A stretch of DNA of 64,000 nt from Chiloscyllium plagiosum. Its lineage: Eukaryota. The notes under the pieces are model-generated. The model was not told where the DNA came from and made no database searches. It saw only the letters and a program-made list of their open reading frames with translations. Shown here in pieces: positions 37,560 through 51,179 of this stretch. A program made the translations under genes and the position numbers. The stretch spans positions 1,314,363-1,378,362 of the forward strand of contig NC_057751.1 in assembly GCF_004010195.1 (NCBI RefSeq), written 5' to 3'. The number at the start of each line of letters is the position of its first letter. The first letter of the stretch is position 1.

Positions 37560-39575
37560 AAATTTTTCTGTAGTCTCGTTGGGAACTAGGAACAGTGGGA
37601 ATGGAGGTTAGGGCAGTTGAATGTTCCTCCTGCAGAATGTGGGAGGGAAGGGTCACCACTAGTGTCCTTACTGACTACATCTGTGGGAAATGCATCCAAC
37701 TGCAGCTCCTTGAAAACTGTGTTAGGGAACTGGAGCTGGAGCTGGGTGAACATCGGATCATTCGGGAGGCAGAGGGGNNNNNNNNNNNNNNNNNNNNNNN
37801 NNNNNNNNNNNNNNNNNNNNNNNNNNNNNNNNNNNNNNNNNNNNNNNNNNNNNNNNNNAAAAATGGGAAAATCATCAAACTGCAAACTGCTTCATCACTG
37901 GCTTTTCCCATTAACAGGGGAAAATTCACTGTGCAGGGAAGAACCTTGGAGCAGGGCAGAGGGAAACAATAACAGTCTATAATGTCACAACACAAATCCC
38001 ATCAGAACAAGGGACACCCATGTCCCATCTTTTTCTGGGGACTGAGAACAGAATGCTCTTGGTTGGTTGACCTGGAGATACATTCAACATCTCAGGGCCT
38101 CACTCAGTCCAATTCTACTGGTTTTAAATTCAGTATGAAAAAAGATAGAACTGATCAAAAAGTTAAATTCAGGGAGCTAGGGTGGAAGCTGTGAGCGAGA
38201 ACAAACAGAGTTGTTATCTCTGGTTTGTTGCCCGTGCCATGTGCTAGAGAGGCCAGGAATATGGAGAGAGAGGAGTTGAATATGTGGGCTACAGGGATAG
38301 TGCAGGAGGGAGGATTTCAGATTCCTGGATAATTAGGGCTCTTTCTGAGGAAGGTGGTCTTCACCTGAACCAGAAAGATACCAATATCCTTAGTGGGAAA
38401 TATGCTAATGCTCTTTGGGAGGGTTTAAAGTAATTCAGCAGTGGGATGGGAACCTAACTTGTAGTTCCAGTATATAGGAGGTTAGAGTAGTGAGGTCAGA
38501 AATAAGGTTTCAAGGTCAAAAGAAGGCACTGACAAGCAAGAAGTTGGTTTAAAGTGTCTCTACTTCAACACCAGGAGCATCCGGCAAAAGGTGGGTGAAC
38601 GTGCAGCATGGGCTGGTGCCTGGGATTTCAATGTTGGGGCCATTTCAAAGATATGGGGAGAGTAGGGACAGGAATGGTTGTTGCAGATTCGGGGATTTGG
38701 ATATTTCAGTAAGAAATGGAAAGAAGACAAAAGAGGGAGGGGGGGGGTGGTGTCGCATTGTTAGTCAAGGACAGTATTACGGTGGCAGAAAGGACATTTG
38801 AGGACTCATCCACTGAGGTAGTGTGAGCTGAGGTTAGAAACAGGAAAGGAGAGGTCACCCTGTTGGGAGCTTTCTATAGGCCTCCAAATAGAAATGCAGA
38901 GGAAAGGATAGCAAAGATGATTCTTGATAGGAGCAAGAGTGACATGGGGTAGTTGTCATAGTTCGAGTACTTTAGATAGGTCAGTTTTTGTCCAATGTGT
39001 GCAGGATGGTTTCCTGACACAGTATGTAGACAGACAACAAGGGGCAGAGCCACATTGGATTTGGTACTGGGTAATGAGCCGGGCCAGGTGTTAGACTTGG
39101 AGGTAGATAAGCACTTTGGTGATAGTGACCACAATTTGGTTATGTTTACTTTAGTGAGGGAAAGGGATCGGTATATAACGCTGGGAGAAAGGCCAATTAT
39201 GATGCGATTAGGTGAGATTTAGGATGTATACTGCAGGAAGGAAACTGCAGGGGATGGGCACATTTTAAATGTGGAGCTTTTTCAAGGAATAGCTGCTACA
39301 CGTCTTTGATAAGTGTCTCCCTGTCAGGCAGGGAGGAAGTTGTCGAGCAAGGGAGCCGTTGTTTACTAAAGAAGTTGAAGCTCTTGTCAAGAGGAAGAAG
39401 AAGGCTTATGTTAGGATGAGACGTGAAGGCTCAGTTAGGGCACATGAGAGTTACAAGTTAGCCTGGAAAGACCCAAAGAGAGAGTGAAGGAAAGCCAGGA
39501 GGGGACAGGAGAAGTCGATGGCAGGTAGGACCAAGGAAAACCCTATAGCTTTCTGTAGGTACGTCAGGATTAAAA
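37560..39575 (+). mobile_element. CR1 LINE 5' portion (ORF1 and APE), spanning an 81-N gap
   Basis: MEVRAVECSSCRMWE...ELELEL nearly identical to 28361-28551; APE LDLVLGNEPGQV...GDSDHN. Confidence 0.88.
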
Positions 39576-39756
39576 GCTGATAAATCTTTTCAAGAGCTAG
39601 GTCCCATGTGGTGGGCTACATGGTCTTCAGTCGTGTTAACGGCACTAGAACAATGTGAAGTTCTGCCAGCAACGCACTGAGTGAAAATTAAAACCCACCT
39701 CCCCCCGCGACATGAAGGTGGTGAATCAGCAAATACGGAACAGTTTGTGGAGACAG

Positions 39757-40104
39757 TGACATTGATCCCTGATCTGTCTGGGTTATAGACTCGGCCAGAC
39801 CACTTAAAACATTCTTAAGCAAGCAGCCCCAGACCATAACTTTACCATTCGTTTCAGTCAGTGTACAGTGAACGTTACCCAGACTAAGATAGCTAGGCTG
39901 ACTACCAGGTTTTAAAACAGAGAAATTTATTCACAAAATTATACAATGAAATACACAGAACAGAATAAAAGGACCCTGACAGAACGCAGTCTATCCAGTG
40001 ATTATGCTGATCTGAATGTATACGACAGTCCCAATAAGCAAACCCCTTGAAGGAACAGTAAAAAAAAAATGGAACAGATGCTCATAGGTTCAAGTTAGAA
40101 GGGC

Positions 40105-40143
<39 letters not shown>

Positions 40144-40399
40144 CCACACAGCTCACTGTTGAACTTCTAACCAGTTCTGGACTGAACTAAACTGCTCAGC
40201 TCAGCGAGAGAGCTGACCATTCCCCTTTCATTATACAGGTCGCTTCTTAAACATGACCATTTTGGCCTGAAGTCTCATCTGTTTACATAGAAACAATACC
40301 TTTTAATCTTTGTCTAATTGGAACCGAGAGCAGTTTATGACCCCTCTGAAAAGAATCAAGGACAGAGTCTCCTTGAGAAAAGGGAGCAGCTTTGTGGCA
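39757..40399. mobile_element. Possible solo LTR containing a (GA)n microsatellite (40108-40140)
   Basis: About 640 bp non-coding block ending agcagctttgtggca; LTR-like composition; TSD not found. Confidence 0.35.
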
Positions 40400-43344
40400 G
40401 TCCGAATGATGAACATTCAGGGGGGGGGCTGAGTGTGCACTCCTGCTGCACTGAGACAGCAATCAGAGAAATATGGAGAGGTCATGCAGACATGGAGCCT
40501 ACTGAATGCTGGGATACCATCAAGCCAGGTGGACCTGTTAGATAGAAACGCGGTGAGGTGCTTCAGCAGCCTGGAGCCTGGTACATGTGTGCAGGAAGAG
40601 GTGTTTCAGACCCTGAAACCTTTTACACAGGAACAGAAAGTAGACAAAGCCCCTCAACTTGTGACAAAGCAATCCACAGCTGCTCTTCAGCCCCTCAACT
40701 GTGATAACAAGCCAAACCATTCACCCTTTTCACTCTACAATATTAAAAATGAGAGAGAACACAATCAACCTCTCTAACCTGTCATTTAGGACCATGAGGT
40801 ACCCATTTCACCTTCCTCACAGGCAAAAGCGAGTGGTTAATAACCACAAAGTCTGTGGCACACTGACTGTGCAAATTATTCACCCTCCATTCTGACGTTA
40901 GCAGTGAAGATGTTTGCTGATCATCTCAGAATGTGCAGGACCCCTCGAGAATCTTCTGAAACTCAAGCAGTTTGTGTTGATATGCAGCGTGAGCAAGATA
41001 ATATCAGGGCTTGGGCTGGTATATGGCAAGCGACAGACAGACCACACAAATGATGGGGAAAAAAACCACTTCCAGCAGGAGAGAATCGAGCCACCACCAT
41101 GTTGTGTTCCTCAGCATCACCATGGTTGAAACACCTCACCACCTTCTGGGCATGATCACTGATGAGAAACACAACAGGAACAGCTATCCAACTACTGCGC
41201 TTACAACAGTTCAGAGGCTAGCAATTCTGTGGTGAGCAATTCACTGTACATCACATGGTCTGCCCACCATCTGCAATAAGATGAGACGTGTCTGATGGAA
41301 AACTCCCCACTTGATTGGTGGATGTGGTGCCACTTTCCACATTCCCTCTCTCCAGCGCTGGTACATAATAACAGCATGATGGACCATATCTTCGATCTGT
41401 GACAGCAGTTTCCAAACTCCTACAGAAACAAGACAGAAAATTCATGACAACATGAACAACTGCAAGCCACTGAATCATGGGTAATTATGGATGAGCAGCT
41501 AATACAGGCAGACAGGCGCTTTGGTCAAACTTCTCCAGGCTGACCAGGTTTCCTAAAGCAAACTAGTCTCACATGTCTGCCTTTGGCCCACAGCCCTCGA
41601 AACCCTTCCTTTTTATGTACGTGTCAAAAATGTCTTTTACATGTTGCAAATGTCCTCGCCCCCCACCACTTCTTCTTCTGGATTTCCATGAGATATTCCT
41701 ATTTATCATTCAAGTCACCCATGGAAATGTATCATGACATAATTGTTGCTTCCTGCTGGCTTTACTTCACCCTTCATGTCAGTTCCACCATTCATCCAGC
41801 TTGTGGTCAATCTCATTCCAACTGAGCTGCCCGTCCCGACTCAATATCCCTTTTCGACCTTTGGTTAACATCAGTCTTGGATTTCCAATGAACTGAGAAA
41901 GATCAAGGTAATGGTGGGGAGGTGCCAGCGCTGCAGTCGAGCTCATTGCTTCCGTCTGCTGATCTATTTTTCCCTGCTTTTCGTTGTTGCTTTTTCTTTC
42001 TTTTCCCCCTTTTCTTTCATGCTTTTCCAAAGCACAAGACTGGATTGTAGCATGTAGCAGGGGCTGGTGAGGGATGCAGCGATCGGAGACTGTGAGCGGG
42101 CACTGTCTGAGCATGTTCTGGGATCCCGTGGTGGCAGAAGCAGTTACAGAAGAATCACAGGCAGCAGCAACACAAGGCCACTGGAAGCAATAGGGTCAGT
42201 AACAGCAAGTACTCAGCTCCTCCCGAGACTGTGGCTGTGGCTTGGCCTGTATGGAGAAAGGACCAAACAAAGACTTGGATATCAGGATATTCCTCATTCC
42301 TTGTGGCTTTGTGTCCTTTAGGCTTCATTTCTGCTGTTTTATTTAATTCTGATTTTGTAATCAAGTGTGTCAGCAAGATTGTGCCAGAGAATGGTGATTT
42401 GGTACACTTTCCACTGTCCTCCTGTATTCCACATTTGAGTACTCATGACAACAAAATCAAATTCTAATTCCAGAGACACTCCAATGCCCAAATGCTGCTG
42501 AAGCCTGATGAAGGACTTATGCCTGAAATGTTGACTCGCCTGCTCCTCGGATGCTGCCTGACCTGCTGTGCTTTTCCAGCACCAAACTCTCGACTCTGAT
42601 CTCCAGCATCTGCAGTCCTCACTTTCTCCAAAGGAAACACTATACTTGTTACGAAGAGAGAGTGCACAAAGTGGGGTTGTTTTCCCTGGAGCAGAAGAGA
42701 TAAAGACGTGATTGAGATGTATAAAATCATGACAGGCATATGAAAGGGAGACAGGAACAAAGTTTACCCCTTGGTGGAGGACCACTGAGCAGAGGGTACA
42801 GACTGGGGCTGAGAGGCAGGAGGGTTCAAGGAGTGTGGTGGGAAACTGGGACTGATTGCCTGTAAAGTAGAGACAGAAACCACCATAACATTGAAGTGAC
42901 AGTTACAGATATCTCAAAGTCGCATGTGCCTGGCTATGCCTGCAGCTTGTGTATGAAATTCCATTCCACTCCTTGCATCAAAATACATTGCAGTTGGCCT
43001 TGTGAAACTCTGCTCTTTGTGATCTCCTCTATGTTCTCCCTGCCGTGAAACTCTCTCTCGCACTTTCACATCGAACTCTTGGCATCTCCTGCTTAAGGCT
43101 GGGATCTTCAGAACTTCAACCGTGAACTTAAGTCAAATGAAAATCAATGCTGGTTGCAAATACTGATAGATTTGTGCCAAATATTGAAGGCTTTGTTACT
43201 TAGCTCTCACTTGTGCCAGTGTTCACATTTCTTCAGTTTTCTCCATACTATTTGCGTTTCATGAACATTGTTTTCCAAAGTTTCACTCCATGTTGCTGGC
43301 CCCAACCAATGTTTGAACAGTGTCGCACTGCTTCTGTGATCTCC

Positions 43345-43550
43345 ATGATTTGGAGATGCCGGTGTTGGACTGGGGTGTACAAAGTTAAACATCACAACAC
43401 CAGGTTATAGTCCAACAGGTTTAATTGGAAGCACACTAGCTTTCGGAGCGTCGCTCCTTCATCCACTACCACCTGATGAAGGAGCAGCACTCGGAAAGCT
43501 AGTGCTTCCACATAAACCTGTTGGACTATAACCTGGTGTTGTGTGATTGT
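43345..43550. mobile_element. Inverted pair of family B Penelope-derived repeats
   Basis: atcacaacaccaggttatagtccaacagg and cctgttggactataacctggtgttgtg are reverse complements; CTGATGA at 43473-43479. Similar pairs near 43720-43855, 44648-44842 and 61624-61835. Confidence 0.8.
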
Positions 43551-44836
43551 TAATTCTGTGATACCATTGAATGCTTGCCTGCCTGTTGTTCTGGAAGTTA
43601 CCTTCTTGCAGATGTTGCCTCTGGCCACATGGTGGGGCTGTTGACCTGCCAAGCAACTCCACTGTGGCATCCTGAGGTTGAAATCAGGCAATACACTGAC
43701 TGACCAAACTCTACAGTCACACGACACCAGGGTATAGTCCAACAGGGTGATCTGACATCACACAAGCTTTCAAATAACCCCATCAGACTGTAACCTGGTG
43801 TCGTGTGACTTCTAACTTTGTCTACACCAGTCCAACGCCAGCACCTCCACATCATGATCAAACTCTTAATGGTCACTCATTCACTCACTCCCTCCCTCCT
43901 CCCTATCACTTATCCACAACCCTGCAGGGTCACTCCACTCCTGATTCAGGCCTCTTGAAAATCCCCTACGTTCACGAAAATTCAAGAACAAAGATGCGAA
44001 TGCTGGAGATCTGAAACAGAGATAATTCCGACAGGGGGGTCCCTGAATTCAAACCATGAGCTGTGATTTTGCCTGCACAGATGTTGCCAGGCCATCTGAG
44101 TTTCTCCAGTACTTTCTCCCATTTTCATTGCTCAATCTTTGGCAGCATTGCTTTCTCTTGCAAGATGGTGGTGGAGTAGCAGCACAATGTGCAGGTTCCA
44201 TTGCCCAGGAGCCCTGATTCATCTGCTCTGTCCACTTCACTTTTATTTTCCCCTTCTTTAAAATGTTTCCATTTACAATGGTACCTCACCTTCAGCGGAA
44301 AGTGTCTTCTCCCAGCCCAGGCTAAATGATGAGGTGGCTTCCAACAGCCAGGAATAGTGGGATAGGCCTGGCACCTGGTGGGATGGTCTCCCAGTGAGAC
44401 GATCTGGGCCTTCAGTGGAGGTCGACCTCAGTGGCTGCCAGCTATTCAAGCACCTGGGCGTGAAGGTCTTATCCTGGCTTTGGAGGCAGCTTCCAGGTCT
44501 TCCAATAGCCCAGCCTGCAGATCCAGTCCCCACACAGAGAGCTCTTACCTCAACGGGGTGGGATGGTCACTCCCTGGATTTTCCCGCGCATCCTGAAGCC
44601 AGGAGTCTTTCATTGAACTGTGATGGGCTTGTGTTATTTCAGACGTGGAGGAACCGGTGTTGGGCGAGGGTGAACAAAGTTAATAATCACACAACAGCAG
44701 GTTACAGTCCAACAGGTTTATTTGTAACTATGAGCTTTCGGAATGCTGCTCCTTTGCCAGGGAGCTAGTGGAGCAGCGTTCTGAAAGCTCATAGTTACAA
44801 ATAAACCTGTTGGACTGTAACCTGCTGTTGTGTGGT

Positions 44837-47690
44837 TTTTAACTTCTTTATTTATGACAACTGTCATTACTTTCAATGCCATGGTATGGCGACCTATAAC
44901 ATTTTTCACTGTACCTTTATGGTAAATATACACACGACAAGAAATTGCGATTCTCTTTCTATTCAGGTGTTGAGCTGAGGCAGCGATATGTCCTCCTGCT
45001 GCCTGCAGATGCCCTGAGAAATCTAGCTCAGACACCGGATCGGTGTACACTTGTGGCATTCTTTCCCTTCAGGTTGAACTTTGTAAGCCACTGGACCTGT
45101 AGTCACTGGCTTCAGAATTGTTCTTCAACCAAGTTAAAGCAATTTGTCAACAAAGCGCAACTCTTTATAACATGTCCAACTGTCTGACTGTGAAACAGAA
45201 TGGGGGAAAGAAATCTCTAAGTGCTGGACTGACAGTCTGCGCAAAAAGGATACCACCTTTCTCAGCGGAGCTCCCTTAATCTCGAAGGAGCAGTTAATGT
45301 GTTCTCCCTGATTTGTTGGATTGTGGGTGTTGAAGAGCAGTCAGTACTTGGTGACAACTAGTATCAGAAACACATACAAAGGGGAGATCTCTAGAAATTC
45401 CTCATTCTGCTCCCCTTGATAGAACATAACAGCACAGTACAGGCCCTTCGACCCTCAATGTTGCGCCAACCTGTGGAACCAATCTGAAGCCCATCTAACC
45501 TACACTATTCCACTTTCAGCCATATGCCTATCCAGTGACCATTTAAATGCCCTTAATGTCGGCAAGTCTACTACTGCTGCAGGCAGCCCGTTCCACATCC
45601 CTCCTACTCTCGGAGTAAAGAAACTACCTCTGACGTCTGTCCTATATCTATCACCCCTCAATTTAAAGCAATGTCCCCTCGTGCTAATCATCACCATCCA
45701 AGTGAAAAGGCTCTCCCTGTCCACCCTATCTAACCCTCTGATTATAGAACACAGAGCATAGAAATGTACAGTACAGAACAGGCCCTTTGGCCCAAGATGT
45801 TGTGCCAAGATTTAATCCTAATGTAAAATATAGTAACTTAACCTACGCACCCCTCAACTCACTGCTATCCATGTGCATGTCCAGCAGTCGCTTAAATGTC
45901 CCCAATGACTCTGCTTCCACCACCACAGCTAGCAACACATTCCATGCATTCACAACTCTCTGCGTAAAGAACCTACCTCTGACGTCTCCTTTATACCTTC
46001 CTCCTAATATTTTCAAACTATGACTCCTCGTACCAGTCAATCCTGCCCTGGGGACAAGTGTCTGGCTAATTGACTCTATCTCATTACCTTGTACACCTCG
46101 ATCAGGTCTCCTCCTTTCCTCCTTCTCTCTAGAGAGAAAGTCCGAGCCTATTCAACCTTTCTTCATAAGGCAAGCCCCCCAGTCCAGGCAGCATCCTGGT
46201 AAACCTTCTTTGCACCCTCTCCAAAGGCTCTTTCCTATAGTAGGGTGATCAGAACTGGACACAATATTCCAATTTTAACTTCTTTATTTATGACAACTGT
46301 CATTACTTTCAATGCCATGGTATGGCGACCTATAACATTTTTCACTGTACCTTTATGGTAAATATACACACGACAAGAAATTGCGATTCTCTTTCTATTC
46401 AGGTGTTGAGCTGAGGCAGCGATATGTCCTCCTGCTGCCTGCAGATGCCCTGAGAAATCTAGCTCAGACACCGGATCGGTGTACACTTGTGGCATTCTTT
46501 CCCTTCAGGTTGAACTTTGTAAGCCACTGGACCTGTAGTCACTGGCTTCAGAATTGTTCTTCAACCAAGTTAAAGCAATTTGTCAACAAAGCGCAACTCT
46601 TTATAACATGTCCAACTGTCTGACTGTGAAACAGAATGGGGGAAAGAAATCTCTAAGTGCTGGACTGACAGTCTGCGCAAAAAGGATACCACCTTTCTCA
46701 GCGGAGCTCCCTTAATCTCGAAGGAGCAGTTAATGTGTTCTCCCTGATTTGTTGGATTGTGGGTGTTGAAGAGCAGTCAGTACTTGGTGACAACTAGTAT
46801 CAGAAACACATACAAAGGGGAGATCTCTAGAAATTCCTCATTCTGCTCCCCTTGATAGAACATAACAGCACAGTACAGGCCTTTCGGCCCTCAATGTTGC
46901 GCCAACCTGTGGAACCAATCTGAAGCCCATCTAACCTACACTATTCCACTTTCAGCCATATGTCTATCCAATGACCATTTAAATGCCCTTAAAGTCGGTG
47001 AGTCTACTACTGTTGCAGGCAGTGTGTTCCACATCCCTCCTACTCTCGGAGTAAAGAAACTACCTCCGACGTCTGTCCTATATCTATCACCCCTCAATTT
47101 AAAGCAATGTCCCCTCGTGCTAATCATCACCATCCAAGTGAAAAGGCTCTCCCTGTCCACCCTATCTAACCCTCTGATTATAGAACACAGAACATAGAAA
47201 GGTACAGCACAGAACAGGCCCTTTGGCCCACGATGTTGTGGCGGGATTTAATCCTAATGTAAAATATAGTAACTTAACCTACGTACCCCTCAACTCACTG
47301 CTATCCATGTTCATGTCCAGCAGTCGCTTAAATGGCCCCAATGACTCTGCTTCCACCACCACAGCTGGCAACGCATTCCATGCATTCACAACTCTCTGTA
47401 TAAAAAACCTACCTCTGACGTCTCCTTTATACCTTCCTCCTAATATCTTCAAACTATGACTCCTTGTACCAGTCAATCCTGCCCTGGGGAAAAGTGTCTG
47501 GCTAATTGACTCTATCTATTCCTCTCATTACCTTGTACACCTCGATCAGGTCTCCTCTCTAGAGAGAAAGTCCGAGCCTATTCAACCTTTCATCATAAGG
47601 CAAGGCCCCAGTCCTGGTAAACCTTCTTTGCACCCTCTCCAAAGGCTCTTTCCTACAGTAGGGTGACCAGAACTGGACACAATATTCCAA
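44837..47690. repeat. Tandem duplication, 44837-46272 and 46273-47690
   Basis: Both copies start ttttaacttctttatttatgacaac and end acacaatattccaa; ORFs 44945-45187 and 46381-46623 translate identically. Confidence 0.95.
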
Positions 47691-50600
47691 GTGTGGTCTC
47701 ACCAGGGACTTGTAGAGCTGCAGCAAAACCTGACGGCTCTTAAACTGGATCCCCCTATTAATAAAAGCCAAAAAAACCATATGATTTCTTAACAACCCTA
47801 TCCACTTGGATGGCAACTTTGAGGGATCTATATGGACTTGCACGCCCAGATCCCTCTGTTCCTCCACACTGCCAAGAATCCTGTCTTTAATCCTATATTC
47901 AGCATTCGAGTTCAATCTTTCAAAATGCATCACTTCACATTAATCCAGGTTGAACTCCATCTGCCATTTCTCAGCCCAGCTCTGCATTCTGTCTATGCAG
48001 CCTGCAGTAGCCCTCTATACTATCGGCGACACTTCCAACCTTTGTGTCATCTGCAAATTTACTAACCCACCCCTCAACCTTCTCATCCAAGTCATTTGTA
48101 AAAACTACAAAGAGTATAGAGGCTCAAGATCAGAGCCCAACGGAACCCCACTCAACACTGTGATTATCTTGTATGTCTCTATTAAGTCATTCCTGAAGAA
48201 GGGCCTGTGCCCGAAACGTCGAATCTCCTGTTCCCTGGATGCTGCCTGACCTGCTGTGCTGTTCCAGCAATAAAGTTTCAACTTTGATCTCCAGCACCTG
48301 CAGACCTCACTTTCTCCTCTATTAAGTCACCTCTTAACCATCTTCTCTCTAATGAAAAACAGCTTCAAGTCCCTCAGCCTTTCCTAATGAGATGTCCCTT
48401 CCACACCAGGCAACATTTTAGTAAATCTCTGAACTCTTACCAATGCTTCCACATCCTTCCTGTAATGCGTTGACCAGAACTGTATGCAATACTCCAAGTG
48501 TGGCCGCACCAGAGTTTTGTACAGCTGCAGCTTGATCCCATTGTTCTGAAACTCAATCCCTCTACCAACAAAAGGTAACACACCGTACGCCTTTTTAACA
48601 ACCCTATCAACATGGGTGGCAACTTTCAAGGCCTGGACACTGAGATCTCTATATTCATCTACACTACCAAGAATCTTACCATTAGCCCAGTACTCTGCAT
48701 TCCTGTTAGTACTTCCAAAGTGAATCACCTCACACTTTTCTGCATTAAACTCCATTTGCCACCTCTCAGCCCAGCTCTGCAGCTTATCTATGTCCCTCTG
48801 TAACTTACAACATCCTTCGGCACTGTCCACAACTTCACCGACCTTTGTGTCATCTGCAAATTTACTAACCCATCCTTCTCTGCCCTCATCCAGGTCATTT
48901 ATAAAAATGACAAACAGTAATGGACCCAAAACAGACTAGTAAGTGAACTCCAGGATGAACATTTCCCATCAACCACCACCCTGTCTTCTTTCAGCTAGTC
49001 AATGTCTAATCCAAACCATTAAATCATCTTCAATCCCATGCCTCTGTATTTTGTGTAATAGCCTACTATGGGGAACCTTATCAAATGCTTTATTGAAGTC
49101 CATATACTCCACATCAACCACTTTACCCCCATCTACCTGCTTAGTCACCTTCTCAAAGGACTCAATAAAGGTTTGTGAGACATGACCTACCCTTCACAAA
49201 TCCATGTTGATTATCCCTAATCAATTAAATTCCTTTCCAGATGATTAAAAATCCTATCTCTCATAACTTTACCCCCATCTACCTGCTTAGTCACCTTCTC
49301 AAAGGACTCAATAAAGGTTTGTGAGACACGACCTACCCTTCACAAATCCATGTTGATTATCCCTAATCAATTAATTCCTTTCCAGATGATTAAAAATCCT
49401 ATCTCTCATAACGTTTTCCAAAACCTAACCCACAACCAAAGTAAGGCTCACTGGTCTATAATTACCTGGGTTGTCTCTACTCCCCTTCCTGAACAGGGGA
49501 ACCACATTTGCTATCCTCCAGTCTTCTGGCACTATTCCTGTAGACAACGATGGTAAAGATCAAAGCCAAAGGCTCTGCAATCTCCTCCTTGGCTGGCCAG
49601 AGAGTCCAAGGATAGATCCTACCCGGCCCAGGGGACTTCTCTATTTTCACAATTTCCAGAATTGCTGACACTTCCTCCTTGTGAACCTCAATCCCGTCTC
49701 ATCTTATGGCCTGTATCTCAATATTCTCCTCAACAACATTGACGAAAAGTATTCATTTAGCACTTCCTCTATCTACTCGGACTCCGCACACAACTTCCCA
49801 CGACTATCCTTGATTGGCCCGAATTTTTCTCTCATTATTCTTTTAATCCTGACGTACCTATAGAAGGCTTTAGGGTTTCCCTTGGTCCTACCTGCCATTG
49901 ACTTCTCATGTCCCCTCCTGGTTCTCCTTCACTCTCTCTTTGGGTCTTTCCAGGCTAACTTGTAACTCTCATGTGCCCTAACTGAGCCTTCACATCTCAT
50001 CCTAACATCAGCCTTCTTCTTCCTCTTGACAAGAGCTTCAACTTCTTTAGTAAACAACGGCTCCCTTGCTCGACAACTTCCTCCCTGCCTGACAGGGAGA
50101 CACTTATCAAAGACGTGTAGTAGCTATTCCTTGAAAAAGCTCTACTTTTCAAATGTACCCATTTCCTGCAGTTTCCTTCCTGCAGTATACATCCTAAATC
50201 TCACCTAATTGCATCATAATTGCCTTTCTCCCAGCAATAAAGCTTGTCCCGCATTATATACCGCTCCCTTTCCATCGCAAAAGTAAACGTAACCAAATTG
50301 TGGTCACTATCACCAAAGTGCTCACCTACCTCCAAGTCTAACACCTGGCCCGGCTCATTACCCAGTACCAAATCCAATGTGGCTCTGCCCCTTGTTGGCC
50401 TGTCTACATACTGTGTCAGGAAACCCTCCTGCACACACTGGACAAAAACTGACCCACCTAAGGTCCTCAAACTATAAAGTTTCCAGTCAATATTCAGAAG
50501 GTTAAAGTACCCCACAACAATTATCCTGTTACTTTCACATCTGCACAGAATCTTCTTTTTCTATCCTTTCCTCTACATCTCTGGAACTATTCAGAGGCCA

Positions 50601-51100
50601 ATGGAAACTCCCAACAGGGTGACCTCTCCTTTCCTGTTTCTAACCCCAGCCCATAATACCTCAGTGGATGAGTCCTCAAATGTCCTTCCTACCATAATAC
50701 TGTCCTTGACTAACAATGCCACACCTCCCCCACTTTTCCCAACTTCCCTGTTATTCCTGAATCATCTAAATCCCGGAACCTGCAACAACCATTCCTGTCC
50801 CTGCTCTATCCATGTCTCCGAAATGGCCACAACATTGAAGTCCCAGGTACCAACCCATGCTGCAAGTTCAGCCACCTTATTCCGGATGCTCCTGGCGTTG
50901 AAATAGACACATTTCAAACCACTTTCCTGCTTGCCAGTACACTCCTGAGACAAAACCTTATTCATGACCTCACGACTCTCAATCTCCTGTACACTGGAGT
51001 TACAATTCTGACTCCTGTCCCCCCTGCTGAATTAGTTTAAACCCTCCCGAAGAGCACTTGCAAAATTTCCCTCCCAGGATATTGGTACCCCTCTGGTTGA
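46855..51100 (-). mobile_element. Long CR1 LINE (APE and RT) with a second CR1 nested at about 47181-48158 and an internal ~146-bp duplication at 49120-49411
   Basis: LFVIFINDLDEG...FADDTKV, LVRPHLEYC, YFNARSIRNK, GDSDHN. The outer element breaks at ctgattat (~47180) and resumes at tgattatc (~48161). Confidence 0.92.
48189..48224 (+). ncRNA. Minimal hammerhead ribozyme motif (family A) at the 5' end of a 127-bp insertion
   Basis: attc-CTGAAGA-a-GGGC-ctgt-GCCC-GAAA-CGTC-gaat: 4-bp stem I (attc/gaat), 4-bp stem II, palindromic ACGT stem III, GUC triplet. Confidence 0.7.
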
Positions 51101-51179
51101 CCAACTGATTGATCTTTAACAACTGTCTGAAACAAACAGAACTAACTCGAGTTTTATCAGAATCTCAGAACAGTCTGGA

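Noticed and set aside
41779..41895. Minus-strand exon candidate FIGNPRLMLTKGRKGILSRDGQLSWNEIDHKLDEWWN
   Set aside because: Plausible acceptor but no recognisable family or supporting exons.
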